This document shows positions 46,730-56,489 of a stretch of DNA of 64,000 bases, one piece after another. This DNA is from a virus: the IMG/VR virus record IMGVR_UViG_3300030061_003170; one strand, given 5' to 3'. Position 1 is the first letter of the stretch, and every line of letters starts with the position of its first letter. Made by a program: the position numbers and the translations under genes. Below the pieces are notes generated by a model. That model saw only the letters and a program-made list of their open reading frames with translations, was not told where the DNA came from and did not search any database.

Positions 46730-47560
46730 CTACGGCCTATACTTTCCATCATCTTTGGCCCACGGTCTTGTATCCCCAACAATGACCCTTTCCCTTGTAA
46801 TTCTAACTTCGACTTGGTTTTCTCTTCTCGTTATCTTTGGACGGTCTCTGTTTGGACCTTCAGCCAAAAGATACCCAAGTACTTTTATGTTAATTGTTGA
46901 TTCAAAAACTCGTTCTTCGGAACCTAAGTCGGTAACATTATTTATATTGTAATTATCTTCTATAAAGGCCTCATAACGATGACCGTCATACTCAGCAAGA
47001 AAACTATTTTTAGTATCAAAAACAAAACCAGGAAGTATCTCGTTCATCTGCTGTTGATACTCTGTTTTTACCTTAATATCATACATGCACGTAACGTATG
47101 TTGGAACAGGAACTGTAATGGTTTCATAAACAATTTTTGAATTATCAGTCCTTCCAGTCTCATCACCACGACTTTTTGACTTTCTTAGACGATCAGCATT
47201 GGCAAAGTTTCTCGTTTTGTCCTGCTTGATGACTTTTGTTACCGCAACTGTGCCTCCTCGATAATCATTTACTTCTCCAATTGTAGCCTGAAAGCCACCC
47301 TTGAAATTATCGTCTCTACTTACCGATGAACGCTGAACAGATATAATTGGTAATTTTAACTTACCAACAGAGTCTCTAAGTTCTTTGTTGTTCTTGATTT
47401 GATAAGGTCTTTCTGATCCGTGCCATACGATTGGTACCTTTTTAAAACCATCATTTGTCGTACATGAAAGGTTAAGTACCTCATCTAGATAATAGTAGAT
47501 GGCAGAGTCAATTGTCTCCAGACTTGATGGTTCAACTATTTCTACGCTTTCACTCGGCAT
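46730..47560 (-). CDS. Tail completion/terminator protein (gp15-like)
   Basis: VPIVW..ER, LPIISV.R, VPVP, QQMNEI; synteny; start MPSES. Confidence 0.7.
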   Translation of the reverse strand: MPSESVEIVEPSSLETIDSAIYYYLDEVLNLSCTTNDGFKKVPIVWHGSERPYQIKNNKELRDSVGKLKLPIISVQRSSVSRDDNFKGGFQATIGEVNDYRGGTVAVTKVIKQDKTRNFANADRLRKSKSRGDETGRTDNSKIVYETITVPVPTYVTCMYDIKVKTEYQQQMNEILPGFVFDTKNSFLAEYDGHRYEAFIEDNYNINNVTDLGSEERVFESTINIKVLGYLLAEGPNRDRPKITRRENQVEVRITRERVIVGDTRPWAKDDGKYRP

Positions 47561-48119
47561 TAAATAATCCGTCCCTTGCTCTAATGCACTCTGCTTGTAT
47601 CTCAAAGCGTGGTGCCTCCACTTGTCCAAATAATAGTTTTGGTTCATTAAGATTTACTATCTCGTAGTAAATACTACCGTACCTAACAAAGTCGCCTTCT
47701 CGCACAAACAGGTTCTGGTCTTCTGTGAGTCGTCTCTTGTGGAAGTTAACTTTAATCTTTGTTGATTTGTCAATTGCAATACCGCTCATATCAGAGGTTT
47801 CAACCCCTTGGTATTCAACTAGGGCATAAACTCTGACAGGATGAAGGAAAGTTTTTTGTATTGCTTCTCCATAGATTGGGTGGTAGTCTGTGTGGTCAAT
47901 GTCTATTGGGAAGTAAAGAACTTGTTGACCAACAACTCGTTCGATAATTTCATCGTTGATTTGCTTTACAAGATTCTTTTCTTTTTCTCCAAGAAACATT
48001 GGAGGAGGTGGCGATGCCGGTTGTTCCCATTTATTTGACACGCTTCCATTTCCTCCAGAGTTTCCAGAATCTCCGCCACCACCGATTTCCGGGTCGTCAC
48101 CACCTGCTAATCCTGACAT
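47550..48119 (-). CDS. Neck protein (gp14-like)
   Basis: YHPIYGEA, REGDFV..G..YEI; synteny. Confidence 0.7.
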   Translation of the reverse strand: MSGLAGGDDPEIGGGGDSGNSGGNGSVSNKWEQPASPPPPMFLGEKEKNLVKQINDEIIERVVGQQVLYFPIDIDHTDYHPIYGEAIQKTFLHPVRVYALVEYQGVETSDMSGIAIDKSTKIKVNFHKRRLTEDQNLFVREGDFVRYGSIYYEIVNLNEPKLLFGQVEAPRFEIQAECIRARDGLFNAE

Positions 48120-48122
48120 TTA

Positions 48123-50789
48123 TTATCCTCTTAAAATTCTTAGTTTAACTCTTTTCTTTGATTCGGTTATTTCCTGCTCAGGCTCTGGGTCATCAAAGGA
48201 AACCTGTGATGGCGTTTGTCCGAGGTCCTGGTCGGCCTGGGCGATAACATCTGCAATACCTAAGTTTTTAAGTGGAATGTTGTTATCAATGTAATCTACA
48301 AGATGGTCATTGATTCCCTCAAAGTAGGCATCCTCTGCTATTGCATCAAGGTGATCTTGGATGTCTGATTTCTTCTCGAAGTCATACTCATTAGCATACC
48401 AGCCAAGTTGGTATACAAACTGATCTTCGTCTTCGTCTTCTAATTGAAAGTAAATTCTCATTTTGTCCACTGGAATTCTCAGTGCAACCTCACCTCCAAG
48501 TGCATCATACACAACTTCTCGGACAAGACCTTTTGCATAATCATCTCCCTTTACATAGGCGAGATTAAGAAGTGCAGCAATCTTGATACCTTCCTCTTCG
48601 TCTTTTTGATACTCGGTCATGCCCTTGATTCTGTAGCCAGAGGACATCGGCTCACCAGTTTCATCATCATGGTAAAGTTCAAAATCAATTTCAAAGTCAC
48701 CATTAACAAGTGGTGTGTTCCAGCCGGCCTGGAATTCGTTCTCGGCTATTTGACCAAACTTGTATTCGTTACCACCAGGCATAAGGTCATCATCTTGAAG
48801 TGCCCTATAAACCACCTGTTGCATTGCACCACCTCGTGTTGCAAGAGTGCTAAATCCAAGACCAATTCCATAGTTAGAACCATCACCACCAAAAACTCGC
48901 TCAAGTTGATACTCTATCTCTTCATACTGCCAATATTCTTCCCCAGACATCATTACCAAGTACTCGGGGTTGATGTCTACCAATACTTTGTAGCCTGAAA
49001 ATGTTGGGTCTTCGATGTATGTTGTTGTAACATTATCAACTAGACTTTCTTGCGGACCCAGCAATTCACCAAAGTTTTCAAGTTTGCTATCGATTAGATC
49101 ATTAACAGATGATGCTTCAGCGTAAGTCATGCCGGTTTCTCTTGGAAATTCAAAACGAAATTCAACAGTAGCACTAATGCTGATGCTAAAAGTTTCATCC
49201 CATCGTTCAACTTCATAATTAACATCGATGTTGGATGAAACACCGAGATTTTCAACTGCCTGTTCGATAAGTTCTTCAACTGCCGCTTCGTTCACAAACC
49301 CAGTCTCACCGGCTAATTCCCTCTCCATGTCGTTGTCATAGTTTATTGAACCGATAAAATTAATCTCAACGTCAGGAAATGCAATGTTAAACATTCTTGG
49401 CAAAGCATCTTTAACACGATAGCCGCCGTCTTGATATGAACCACCATAACGAGTAAAGGCATACATGCTAACATTATCGGAGGTTGTAAGTTCCTTCTCG
49501 GCAATGGCCTCAATCTTTTCTTTTTGTGCTTCTACTGTTGTTTTGTAAAGGTGATCTATAAGACCAGGGACTTTTTGTCCATAAATGTTTCCTTGGGGAA
49601 CAAGAAGTCTGATTGGGTCCTCATCATCACCGTTGCTATCGTATGACACATGCTTAATTCTGACTCTTGACACAGGAACCATACCTTCAACGCCCCTTTC
49701 TTCGTCTGCGAAGATTTCTCCGTCTCCCGCTTCTGGTAGTTCGTGTAGGTCAAGTTTCTCTCTAATCATTTCTGGGGTTATTTCTTGTCCTTCTTCTGCT
49801 CCGATAAATTCTCTTATGCTCTCGGCGGTCACAACATAAGAAATAAGACCGTTACCGTGAGCCTCAGCCAAAGCACAGACGTTGTATTCGTCAAATCCCA
49901 ATGTTCCTTTACGAGAAGGTAATGAGTGACAAGAGTCTAAACCACGAAAGTCAGACATACGATAGACATCGATTGGGTGTCTGGAATAAATAATGTAGTT
50001 CTGCAACTTGTAATTGTCAATGTTTCTGGTTAGGTCATCTAAACTACTTCCGTCCAAAAGAAAATCAGCAATTTTCTTAGCCGGTGGTGCGAGGACTGTT
50101 TCAAAATAATTTCCATAACCTTTTGCATCACCTCCGAGTTTCAAATGGCGATAGGCTTCCGTTGCATCACTATCCCAATTATCATAGTTTCCATTTCCAA
50201 ACAATTCCTTAAATGAAGCAATAAGTTTTTTAGAGCGGTTTGTCGCCTTTTGTAATCTTGGAATATATTCTCCCGCGACTGCCTCAAAACCCGGTCTTTC
50301 TCCATCTTCGTCTACTGGAAGTTCTCCGAGTTTGTCGGTGTATTCCATAGCAAGGTCCCAGACACCTTCGACTCCTTCTTTCCAGGTTTCCCAGTTGTTA
50401 ATAAAGGAAATTATGCGAGAGCCGATTTTTGATAACTTTAGATCAATTGTCTTTGAGACCTGTCTTCTGTTACCTTCTTTATCCTTGTATTCCTTCTCGA
50501 CAACTTTAGTTGCCTTAAGAACAGGTTTTTTACCTGATTCGTCAAGATAGATAGTCCAACCGGCTCTACCGAACCACTTCTCCAAGTCGGCAAGAATACC
50601 GGTGGATTCTGTAGCACTAAAGTTTTGGACCATGCGATACTTGCCATTGAAGAAATCATCAAACGGCAAAGCAGACGGAGGCATCTCAAGAAGGTCTCCG
50701 AGATACTCAATCTCTTCTTCTGTGGCCTCAGTGACCTGTTCTTTTGATTCTAGGAGAAACTTTCTCCAAGCAGTATCATTAAACTTCAT
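48123..50789 (-). CDS. Large acidic hypothetical protein, probable internal head protein
   Basis: 888 aa; N-terminal WRKFLLES, C-terminal ITES; SRHPIDV..MSD..SCH core. Confidence 0.6.
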   Translation of the reverse strand: MKFNDTAWRKFLLESKEQVTEATEEEIEYLGDLLEMPPSALPFDDFFNGKYRMVQNFSATESTGILADLEKWFGRAGWTIYLDESGKKPVLKATKVVEKEYKDKEGNRRQVSKTIDLKLSKIGSRIISFINNWETWKEGVEGVWDLAMEYTDKLGELPVDEDGERPGFEAVAGEYIPRLQKATNRSKKLIASFKELFGNGNYDNWDSDATEAYRHLKLGGDAKGYGNYFETVLAPPAKKIADFLLDGSSLDDLTRNIDNYKLQNYIIYSRHPIDVYRMSDFRGLDSCHSLPSRKGTLGFDEYNVCALAEAHGNGLISYVVTAESIREFIGAEEGQEITPEMIREKLDLHELPEAGDGEIFADEERGVEGMVPVSRVRIKHVSYDSNGDDEDPIRLLVPQGNIYGQKVPGLIDHLYKTTVEAQKEKIEAIAEKELTTSDNVSMYAFTRYGGSYQDGGYRVKDALPRMFNIAFPDVEINFIGSINYDNDMERELAGETGFVNEAAVEELIEQAVENLGVSSNIDVNYEVERWDETFSISISATVEFRFEFPRETGMTYAEASSVNDLIDSKLENFGELLGPQESLVDNVTTTYIEDPTFSGYKVLVDINPEYLVMMSGEEYWQYEEIEYQLERVFGGDGSNYGIGLGFSTLATRGGAMQQVVYRALQDDDLMPGGNEYKFGQIAENEFQAGWNTPLVNGDFEIDFELYHDDETGEPMSSGYRIKGMTEYQKDEEEGIKIAALLNLAYVKGDDYAKGLVREVVYDALGGEVALRIPVDKMRIYFQLEDEDEDQFVYQLGWYANEYDFEKKSDIQDHLDAIAEDAYFEGINDHLVDYIDNNIPLKNLGIADVIAQADQDLGQTPSQVSFDDPEPEQEITESKKRVKLRILRG

Positions 50790-50793
50790 TATA

Positions 50794-52056
50794 TTATCCT
50801 ACGAAAATTTTAAGTGGGGTGTTACCAACCATAGCATTGGTATTATCAATCATGCCTTTATCTGTCTCGGCAAGTTTAGCGTAAAGCATCTCATCAAGTT
50901 GCTTGTTAAGTTCTTCACGGAGACTGTTTTGTTCTTCTTTTGCCTGAGACAGCAGTTCACTAGCATTAAGAGTTACATTATCACCAGGAATAGGAACAGA
51001 GTTTCCAAACTTACCTCGGATCTGACCGAGAGTCTCTTTAGACAAAGCAAGAGAAAATTTACGAATCCATTGTTGTCCAATCGAATTGATACTAGCAAAT
51101 GGTAAATTTTCCATCGGTAGCGTGTTCATATTGTTAATTCCATCAACCCCAGAGTCATAAGAACCAGTTGCAAATGCATTATTGTCTTCAATAGAAAATT
51201 TAAACCAAAATTTTTCCGGCGATACTGAATCAGGGTTTGGGTATAATCTTAATTTATTATCTATGATCTCATAAGAATAATGAGATGTTCTTGTATACAA
51301 ATGGTCTTCATATTGAATTGCTTGCATTTTGTTTTGCCACACAGGAATAACCTGGAAAGACGAATCATCAGCATATTGTCCGTATGTCTGGAGGTCACCA
51401 GTTACATTAAGGCCGCCATAATACCCGTAGAACCTCCACATTTGTCGAGGAGTGACATAGTATACTTGGCGAATCTTAATTCTTTTTGTTTTACTTTTTT
51501 CATTATCAGTAAAGTCTGCATACGGGACACCACCGGCATTAGCCGATGCGCTTACAATCGATTGAAGATCATAATCTTGTTGGTCCGTAACTCTATCAAA
51601 AGAAGCAGAATATATAGGAGTGGTGCCACCAATACCAGATTCGGTTGAAAACTTATCTGCTACTCTAAATGCATAGTCAAAAATAAACTTTGGATATTTA
51701 AGAGATACAGAATCTGTTCCTGATACGTTCCCTTTATGGTCAAAGGATCCCGTAGAGCCTCCTAGAGCACTCCCCAAAGAGTTTCTTGCCTGATGTAGGT
51801 TAACGATGTAAGAGTACTCTAAAACAGCCTCCTCGTAGTTATTATAGACGTTCTTTGCTGTTAATTCAATATCTAGAACATCTCCGCCTAATCTTTTGTA
51901 TGTATATGCAACCTGAGCAACAGCACCAGTTACAAACGACTTTGTGCTTCCATAGAAGTTAATTGCTAGGGAAGACGACACATCAGTTAAGGTACCACTC
52001 GCTGGTAAAATTATGGCACTTGTTGTTGATGCTGGTTTTAAACTTGGAAATGACAT
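50794..52056 (-). CDS. Neck protein (gp13-like)
   Basis: RLGG.V.DIEL, WIRKFSLALSKETLGQIRGKF...VTLN. Confidence 0.8.
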   Translation of the reverse strand: MSFPSLKPASTTSAIILPASGTLTDVSSSLAINFYGSTKSFVTGAVAQVAYTYKRLGGDVLDIELTAKNVYNNYEEAVLEYSYIVNLHQARNSLGSALGGSTGSFDHKGNVSGTDSVSLKYPKFIFDYAFRVADKFSTESGIGGTTPIYSASFDRVTDQQDYDLQSIVSASANAGGVPYADFTDNEKSKTKRIKIRQVYYVTPRQMWRFYGYYGGLNVTGDLQTYGQYADDSSFQVIPVWQNKMQAIQYEDHLYTRTSHYSYEIIDNKLRLYPNPDSVSPEKFWFKFSIEDNNAFATGSYDSGVDGINNMNTLPMENLPFASINSIGQQWIRKFSLALSKETLGQIRGKFGNSVPIPGDNVTLNASELLSQAKEEQNSLREELNKQLDEMLYAKLAETDKGMIDNTNAMVGNTPLKIFVG

Positions 52057-52095
52057 TAATAGAATTCCTCCGCTAACACTAAATAGTTTCAAGAT

Positions 52096-52132
52096 AAAAG
52101 AAAAACCCCTGCCGCATCATATGCAGCAGAGG
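52096..52132 (-). terminator. Intrinsic terminator
   Basis: CCTCTGCTGCAT-ATG-ATGCGGCAGGGG then TTTTTCTTTT. Confidence 0.8.
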
Positions 52133-52157
52133 CGCCATCGTATTCACACAACACAGT

Positions 52158-52370
52158 TTAATCGGAGGAGTCAGATCCTTTGGACGGCTTTTTCGTTTTA
52201 GCAGCGGCAGCAGCCTTTCTTGCTTTTTTATTTGCTTTTTTCTCGGCAGCAGATGTGTCTTTTACTGGTGCTGGTGTTGCCTCTTTTACTTTAAGTTTTT
52301 TTGGCAAAGCAGCGCTAGCATTTTTTCGTTCTTTTGCTAGTCTACCAATTCTAATAGTTTTATTGCTCAT
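52158..52370 (-). CDS. Small Lys/Ala-rich basic (histone-like) protein
   Basis: AEKKANKKARKAAAAAKTKK; own late motif and terminator. Confidence 0.65.
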   Translation of the reverse strand: MSNKTIRIGRLAKERKNASAALPKKLKVKEATPAPVKDTSAAEKKANKKARKAAAAAKTKKPSKGSDSSD

Positions 52371-52399
52371 AGCATTCTCCATTTATTATAAATAGTTAT

Positions 52400-52433
52400 A
52401 AAAAACAAAAGTCCCAAATTAATGGGACTTTTG
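52400..52433 (-). terminator. Intrinsic terminator
   Basis: CAAAAGTCCCA/TGGGACTTTTG then T-run. Confidence 0.75.
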
Positions 52434-52462
52434 AAGTGATCAGTTTAAATCAACCTTTTTGA

Positions 52463-53050
52463 TCAAAAGTCGGCGAATAGTTCATATCCGTGTAGACGAA
52501 GAATAAACTTACCAGCGGTATACGTATCATTAGTTGATCCAGATGCACAAAGATAAATGTATTTGCCATCAATATCAGCAGAAATATCATCGTTTACTGC
52601 AATATCACCAGCAGCAGTATAATTTTCATTAGCCAATAGAACTACTGGGTTGGTTGCCTGTGCCATGCTCATTGATGCACTAAGAACATTATCAGCGTAC
52701 AATACTCCGATTCTTGTTTCCCCACCTGCAGGTGGCTCAACACAAACTAGTTCTGCTTGAGCAAGAATACCCTGAGCAGGTGCAACTAGCATAATTGATG
52801 AACTAAGTGAACCAGAACCAATAACAGTACTACCACCAGCATTCTCAGCGCCAACACCAGCAAAAGAGTTAATCGCTCTCAAAGATGTTCCTAAATCAAT
52901 CTGAATATCAGTTGTCATAAGTGAACCATCTCTTAATTCTGTTTGTGAGGCAATAGCATCTACAATACCAGGCTGTGCTGTTGATGTCGAATTTTGTCCA
53001 AATTGATTTAAGTTAGCCAAACGGCCTCTTCCTAATCTTCTACTTCCCAT
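52463..53050 (-). CDS. Putative capsid-associated/decoration protein
   Basis: Directly downstream of MCP; beta-rich, ends TYTAGKFILRLHGY. Confidence 0.55.
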   Translation of the reverse strand: MGSRRLGRGRLANLNQFGQNSTSTAQPGIVDAIASQTELRDGSLMTTDIQIDLGTSLRAINSFAGVGAENAGGSTVIGSGSLSSSIMLVAPAQGILAQAELVCVEPPAGGETRIGVLYADNVLSASMSMAQATNPVVLLANENYTAAGDIAVNDDISADIDGKYIYLCASGSTNDTYTAGKFILRLHGYELFADF

Positions 53051-53182
53051 TTTATTTTCTCCTTATAAATTAAAATATTATTGCAATAACTTGTCTCTAA
53101 TCAATGAATCACACCAGCGGCCTCGATGTAATTCTTTCTAGGGACAGCCGCCCCGCCCCAAGGAGAATAAATCCAAGTTGCT
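53051..53182 (-). ncRNA. Structured late leader RNA (kissing hairpins plus anti-SD)
   Basis: Two stem-loops with complementary loops, closing helix, and a segment complementary to the downstream SD. Confidence 0.6.
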
Positions 53183-53183
53183 T

Positions 53184-53191
53184 TAAATAGT
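53184..53191 (-). promoter_or_regulatory. Candidate late promoter ACTATTTA (representative; also 6384, 19333, 19959, 41360, 43733, 46701, 52080, 52389, 56444, 57841, 60086)
   Basis: Recurs just upstream of structural/late genes, often right after terminators. Confidence 0.7.
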
Positions 53192-53199
53192 TCTCAGAT

Positions 53200-53235
53200 A
53201 AAGAAAAACCCCCAATCGCAAAAAGCGATCAGGGG
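53200..53235 (-). terminator. Intrinsic terminator after major capsid gene
   Basis: CCCCTGATCGC-TTTTT-GCGATTGGGG then TTTTTCTTT. Confidence 0.8.
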
Positions 53236-53264
53236 CCGTTCAGGAAGAACTAACTAATCAAAGA

Positions 53265-55136
53265 TTAGGCGTATTCTTCACCATTTAGTCCACGTACAAC
53301 AACAAGACCGTACATATCTGGACGAACCATCTTCTTGGCATAACGAGTCATCACACCCTTTCTAGGTACGAAGTCCTCTGGCCCAAAGATGGTTGGGGTT
53401 GTCTGGAGAGGCACGTAAGGTGCATAGACATAACCACTTTCAAGGAAAGAAGAACCTCTACGACCAACAAGAACAATCTGTCTTGGGAAGTAAGGGTCAA
53501 CAATTACGTCAAACTTACGGCTCAAAGAACCAACGTTAACAGCACCAATGTCGCCTTTGTCAGCATCAGCAGTAACATTCGCACGGAATCCAGCAGTGAA
53601 TTCAAGAATGTTTGCTACTTCAGGAGAAACAACTACGAAGTTAGCACCACCACGAAGGGTCTTTCTGTGGATTGCAGCAGACACATCATTGATGGTTTCA
53701 ATGAGAGTCTCGTACCATTCAGAAACAGTTCCAGTGAAGTCAGGAGCCGCTTTGTTGGCACCAATCTCAGCACCAGTGGTACGATCAACAAAGAGACCTG
53801 GAGAGCGAGACCAGTAGTAAGTAGCAGCAGTTGCGCCACGAATAAGGTCAGCAAGGATCTCACGATCAATTTCAAGAGCAATTTGCTCAGAAAGGATAGA
53901 AGTCAATTCAACCTCAGCATCCAAGTTGTGGTAAGCATTCAAGTCTTGTCCCAATTCTGGGGTCCACTTGGCCTTCAACTTCTTGGTTTGCGCTGTGATT
54001 GCAGTGCTGTCTACCTTGATGTCGATCTCAGGGATGTTCTCAGTGTTCTCAAGAAGCATTGTGTAAGTATCAATAACACCAGTTCCTGCACCATCAGTAG
54101 CGGTATCAGCAGCAGGGTACTTAAACTTAGCAGCAGCAAGGATACCAGCGGCGCCAGCAGCCTGTTGAGTAGTAAGAGTTTGAGTTGCAGATGTACCACC
54201 AGCAGTTGTATCAAGAACCAATACAAGTCTTACAGAGGCAACACTTAGTGATGATTCAGTAGCAGTTCTACGCTTAGTTAGGCGACGGATGGATCGAAGT
54301 TCAGAAGCACCAGTAGCAATTGAAATTGTGGCGAAGTTGTTTAATACAGCAGCCAAAGAGTTAGCAGAACCAACAACAGTTGCATCAATTACATCAGGCA
54401 AGTTGAATGCACCCATGTTCTCAAAATCAGGATTAGTACACTTACTCTCAGCAATATCCATAACAATACAAGATGCATTGCTAGTAATAGACAAGAGGTC
54501 TGGATCATAATCAATTAGTTTTTTCTGAGCATCAGGAACTGCACCGTTCAATGTAAAAACAGAGGCCAAAGCACCTTGAGCATTGTTTTGGAAGTCAACG
54601 GTTCCATTTGCTTCACTTTCTACTGAAGCATAAGCATAACCTGGCATTCCACGAGGACCAGACTGATCGCCACCAAGACTATCAGTGATACTTACGCCAT
54701 CAATGATTCCAGCACCAACCTTGTCGGTACCATAGAGTGATTTTTCATCTTGGTTACCAAGACGTTGAGTCTGAGTTGTTGATCCAATATCAGCAGAATA
54801 CACAAAGTCAAGGAAGAAGATCAGACCAGATGGCAATGACATCGGCTGAACGCTTACAAGATCGTTAGCAATAAGTCCGGCGAATACACGACGAACGATT
54901 GGGAAAGCAACAGCAGCAAAGCCATCAACATTTGCCAGACCGGCACCCATACCAGAAGCCTCACGAAGAAGTTCTTTTGCTTGGTTTTCCAAGAGACGAG
55001 CCATGTTGTTTTTGTCATGCTCGTTTTGAAGGCCTTCAAGTAAACCAGTAGATTCCCACTTAGAAAGAAGAGCGGCGCCTTCCTGCTTCATGTCACGGTT
55101 TACAATGCCTTCGGTCAATTTTTCAATAATAGACAT
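53265..55136 (-). CDS. Major capsid protein (T4 gp23-like)
   Basis: PIVRR, VSVQPM..PSGLIF, KLKAKWTPELGQDL..H.LDAE.EL, EIDREI, YAPYVPL, GVMTRYA. Confidence 0.97.
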   Translation of the reverse strand: MSIIEKLTEGIVNRDMKQEGAALLSKWESTGLLEGLQNEHDKNNMARLLENQAKELLREASGMGAGLANVDGFAAVAFPIVRRVFAGLIANDLVSVQPMSLPSGLIFFLDFVYSADIGSTTQTQRLGNQDEKSLYGTDKVGAGIIDGVSITDSLGGDQSGPRGMPGYAYASVESEANGTVDFQNNAQGALASVFTLNGAVPDAQKKLIDYDPDLLSITSNASCIVMDIAESKCTNPDFENMGAFNLPDVIDATVVGSANSLAAVLNNFATISIATGASELRSIRRLTKRRTATESSLSVASVRLVLVLDTTAGGTSATQTLTTQQAAGAAGILAAAKFKYPAADTATDGAGTGVIDTYTMLLENTENIPEIDIKVDSTAITAQTKKLKAKWTPELGQDLNAYHNLDAEVELTSILSEQIALEIDREILADLIRGATAATYYWSRSPGLFVDRTTGAEIGANKAAPDFTGTVSEWYETLIETINDVSAAIHRKTLRGGANFVVVSPEVANILEFTAGFRANVTADADKGDIGAVNVGSLSRKFDVIVDPYFPRQIVLVGRRGSSFLESGYVYAPYVPLQTTPTIFGPEDFVPRKGVMTRYAKKMVRPDMYGLVVVRGLNGEEYA

Positions 55137-55159
55137 TTTATTTTACTCCTTATAAATTA

Positions 55160-56410
55160 TTATTTAATGCCTGCGAGTTTTTGCATCTTTTCCATAAATG
55201 GATCAGCGCTTTTGTTCTCGCTTAAGTTTTGTCTCGAATTAAGCATAGCCGAAAGATTCGATCTTCGGTTGACTGACTCGCTTAGTGATTGTGGACCATG
55301 CTTTTTAGAGGATGATCCCACTGTTGCTTTGAGTGTCTCATGAAGTTGCTTTGCTTCTTTTGGAGACTCCGCTCCGGCAATGGCTTCGACAATTTTTTCT
55401 TTTTGTCGCTCATTCAAGGAGGCATCGCTTAAAGTGCGGTTTTTATAAATTAACTTTGCGTTTGATAGCAAAGTTGCTTCAAGTTGTTCTTGAAGTTTGT
55501 AAATCACGCCTTCAAGTTTCTCATTTTGAGAGACAAGGGCGGAAACTGTTTCTTGAAGATCGTTGACTTTACCGGTTTCTTTTAACTCAGAGTCATCTTC
55601 CTCTTCTTCTAATTTGTCTTCATCACTGTGAGCATCATGTGCTTCTTGTTTTGCTTGTTCATATTCTAAAGTGGCTTCATTTGTTTGAAACGTTCCATCT
55701 TTATCTTCTGCCATATCAACAGTGATTTTTTCTTCTAGTACTTCATCCTCTCCAAGAAGATCAAGCAATTCTTGTAATTGGAGATCCATATCGTCTTCTG
55801 TTTCTTCTGTGCCTTCAGTGTCATCAATGTCAGACAACAGGCTATCAAGACTCCCCAGATCATCAGCGCCAAGTTCAGCAGCAACATCATCACGAGGAAG
55901 TGCATCTTCTACTGGGGCATCATCCATAAGATTCATTGCTTTTTCAAGAGCATCAAGATCAATGCTGACCATCCCATCACCTAAGTCTTCGATATCAAGT
56001 GAGAACTCAACGGATTGATCAGCGGACATAGAAGGGTTTACAGCGAAAGGCGCTTCAATCTCGCCACCTGCTGCTCCCGCATCCATACCCATTTCTTCTT
56101 CTTGTAGAATGTCTTCTTCATTTAATTCTTGAAGATCCATCTCATTCACAAGATAAGGCTTCTCTCCTTCGGCTTGAACGAGATACTGTCCTTCTTCATT
56201 GAGATCTTCGATAATCTCAACGATTTTTTCTTCGTGTCTTAATTTAGACCCGCAATGGGATTCCGCTACTGGTTCTCCCTCAAGCATGGACTCTACAGCC
56301 TCTTTGATTTGTGGAGCATATTTTTCAATAATAGCCTGCTCGGCGTTTTTGAGGGCGGCCTCTCTCAATGCAGCAGCATCGACAATAGCCTGTTCTAGCA
56401 TATTAGACAT
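55160..56410 (-). CDS. Prohead core/scaffold protein (gp22-like)
   Basis: Acidic, many LxE sites, LLSNAKLIY, ends MQKLAGIK; upstream of MCP. Confidence 0.8.
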   Translation of the reverse strand: MSNMLEQAIVDAAALREAALKNAEQAIIEKYAPQIKEAVESMLEGEPVAESHCGSKLRHEEKIVEIIEDLNEEGQYLVQAEGEKPYLVNEMDLQELNEEDILQEEEMGMDAGAAGGEIEAPFAVNPSMSADQSVEFSLDIEDLGDGMVSIDLDALEKAMNLMDDAPVEDALPRDDVAAELGADDLGSLDSLLSDIDDTEGTEETEDDMDLQLQELLDLLGEDEVLEEKITVDMAEDKDGTFQTNEATLEYEQAKQEAHDAHSDEDKLEEEEDDSELKETGKVNDLQETVSALVSQNEKLEGVIYKLQEQLEATLLSNAKLIYKNRTLSDASLNERQKEKIVEAIAGAESPKEAKQLHETLKATVGSSSKKHGPQSLSESVNRRSNLSAMLNSRQNLSENKSADPFMEKMQKLAGIK

Positions 56411-56489
56411 TAACGGGTCTCCTGAGAATACGTATTTCTTTATTAAATAGTGTTCTCGATAAGAAAAGGAAGTTTATTCGCTGTAGTGG

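Noticed and set aside
53100-53182. Known ribozyme or purine riboswitch identity for the kissing-loop leader
   Set aside because: Lacks the hammerhead (CUGANGA/GAAA) and purine-aptamer core consensus by eye; needs an Infernal scan
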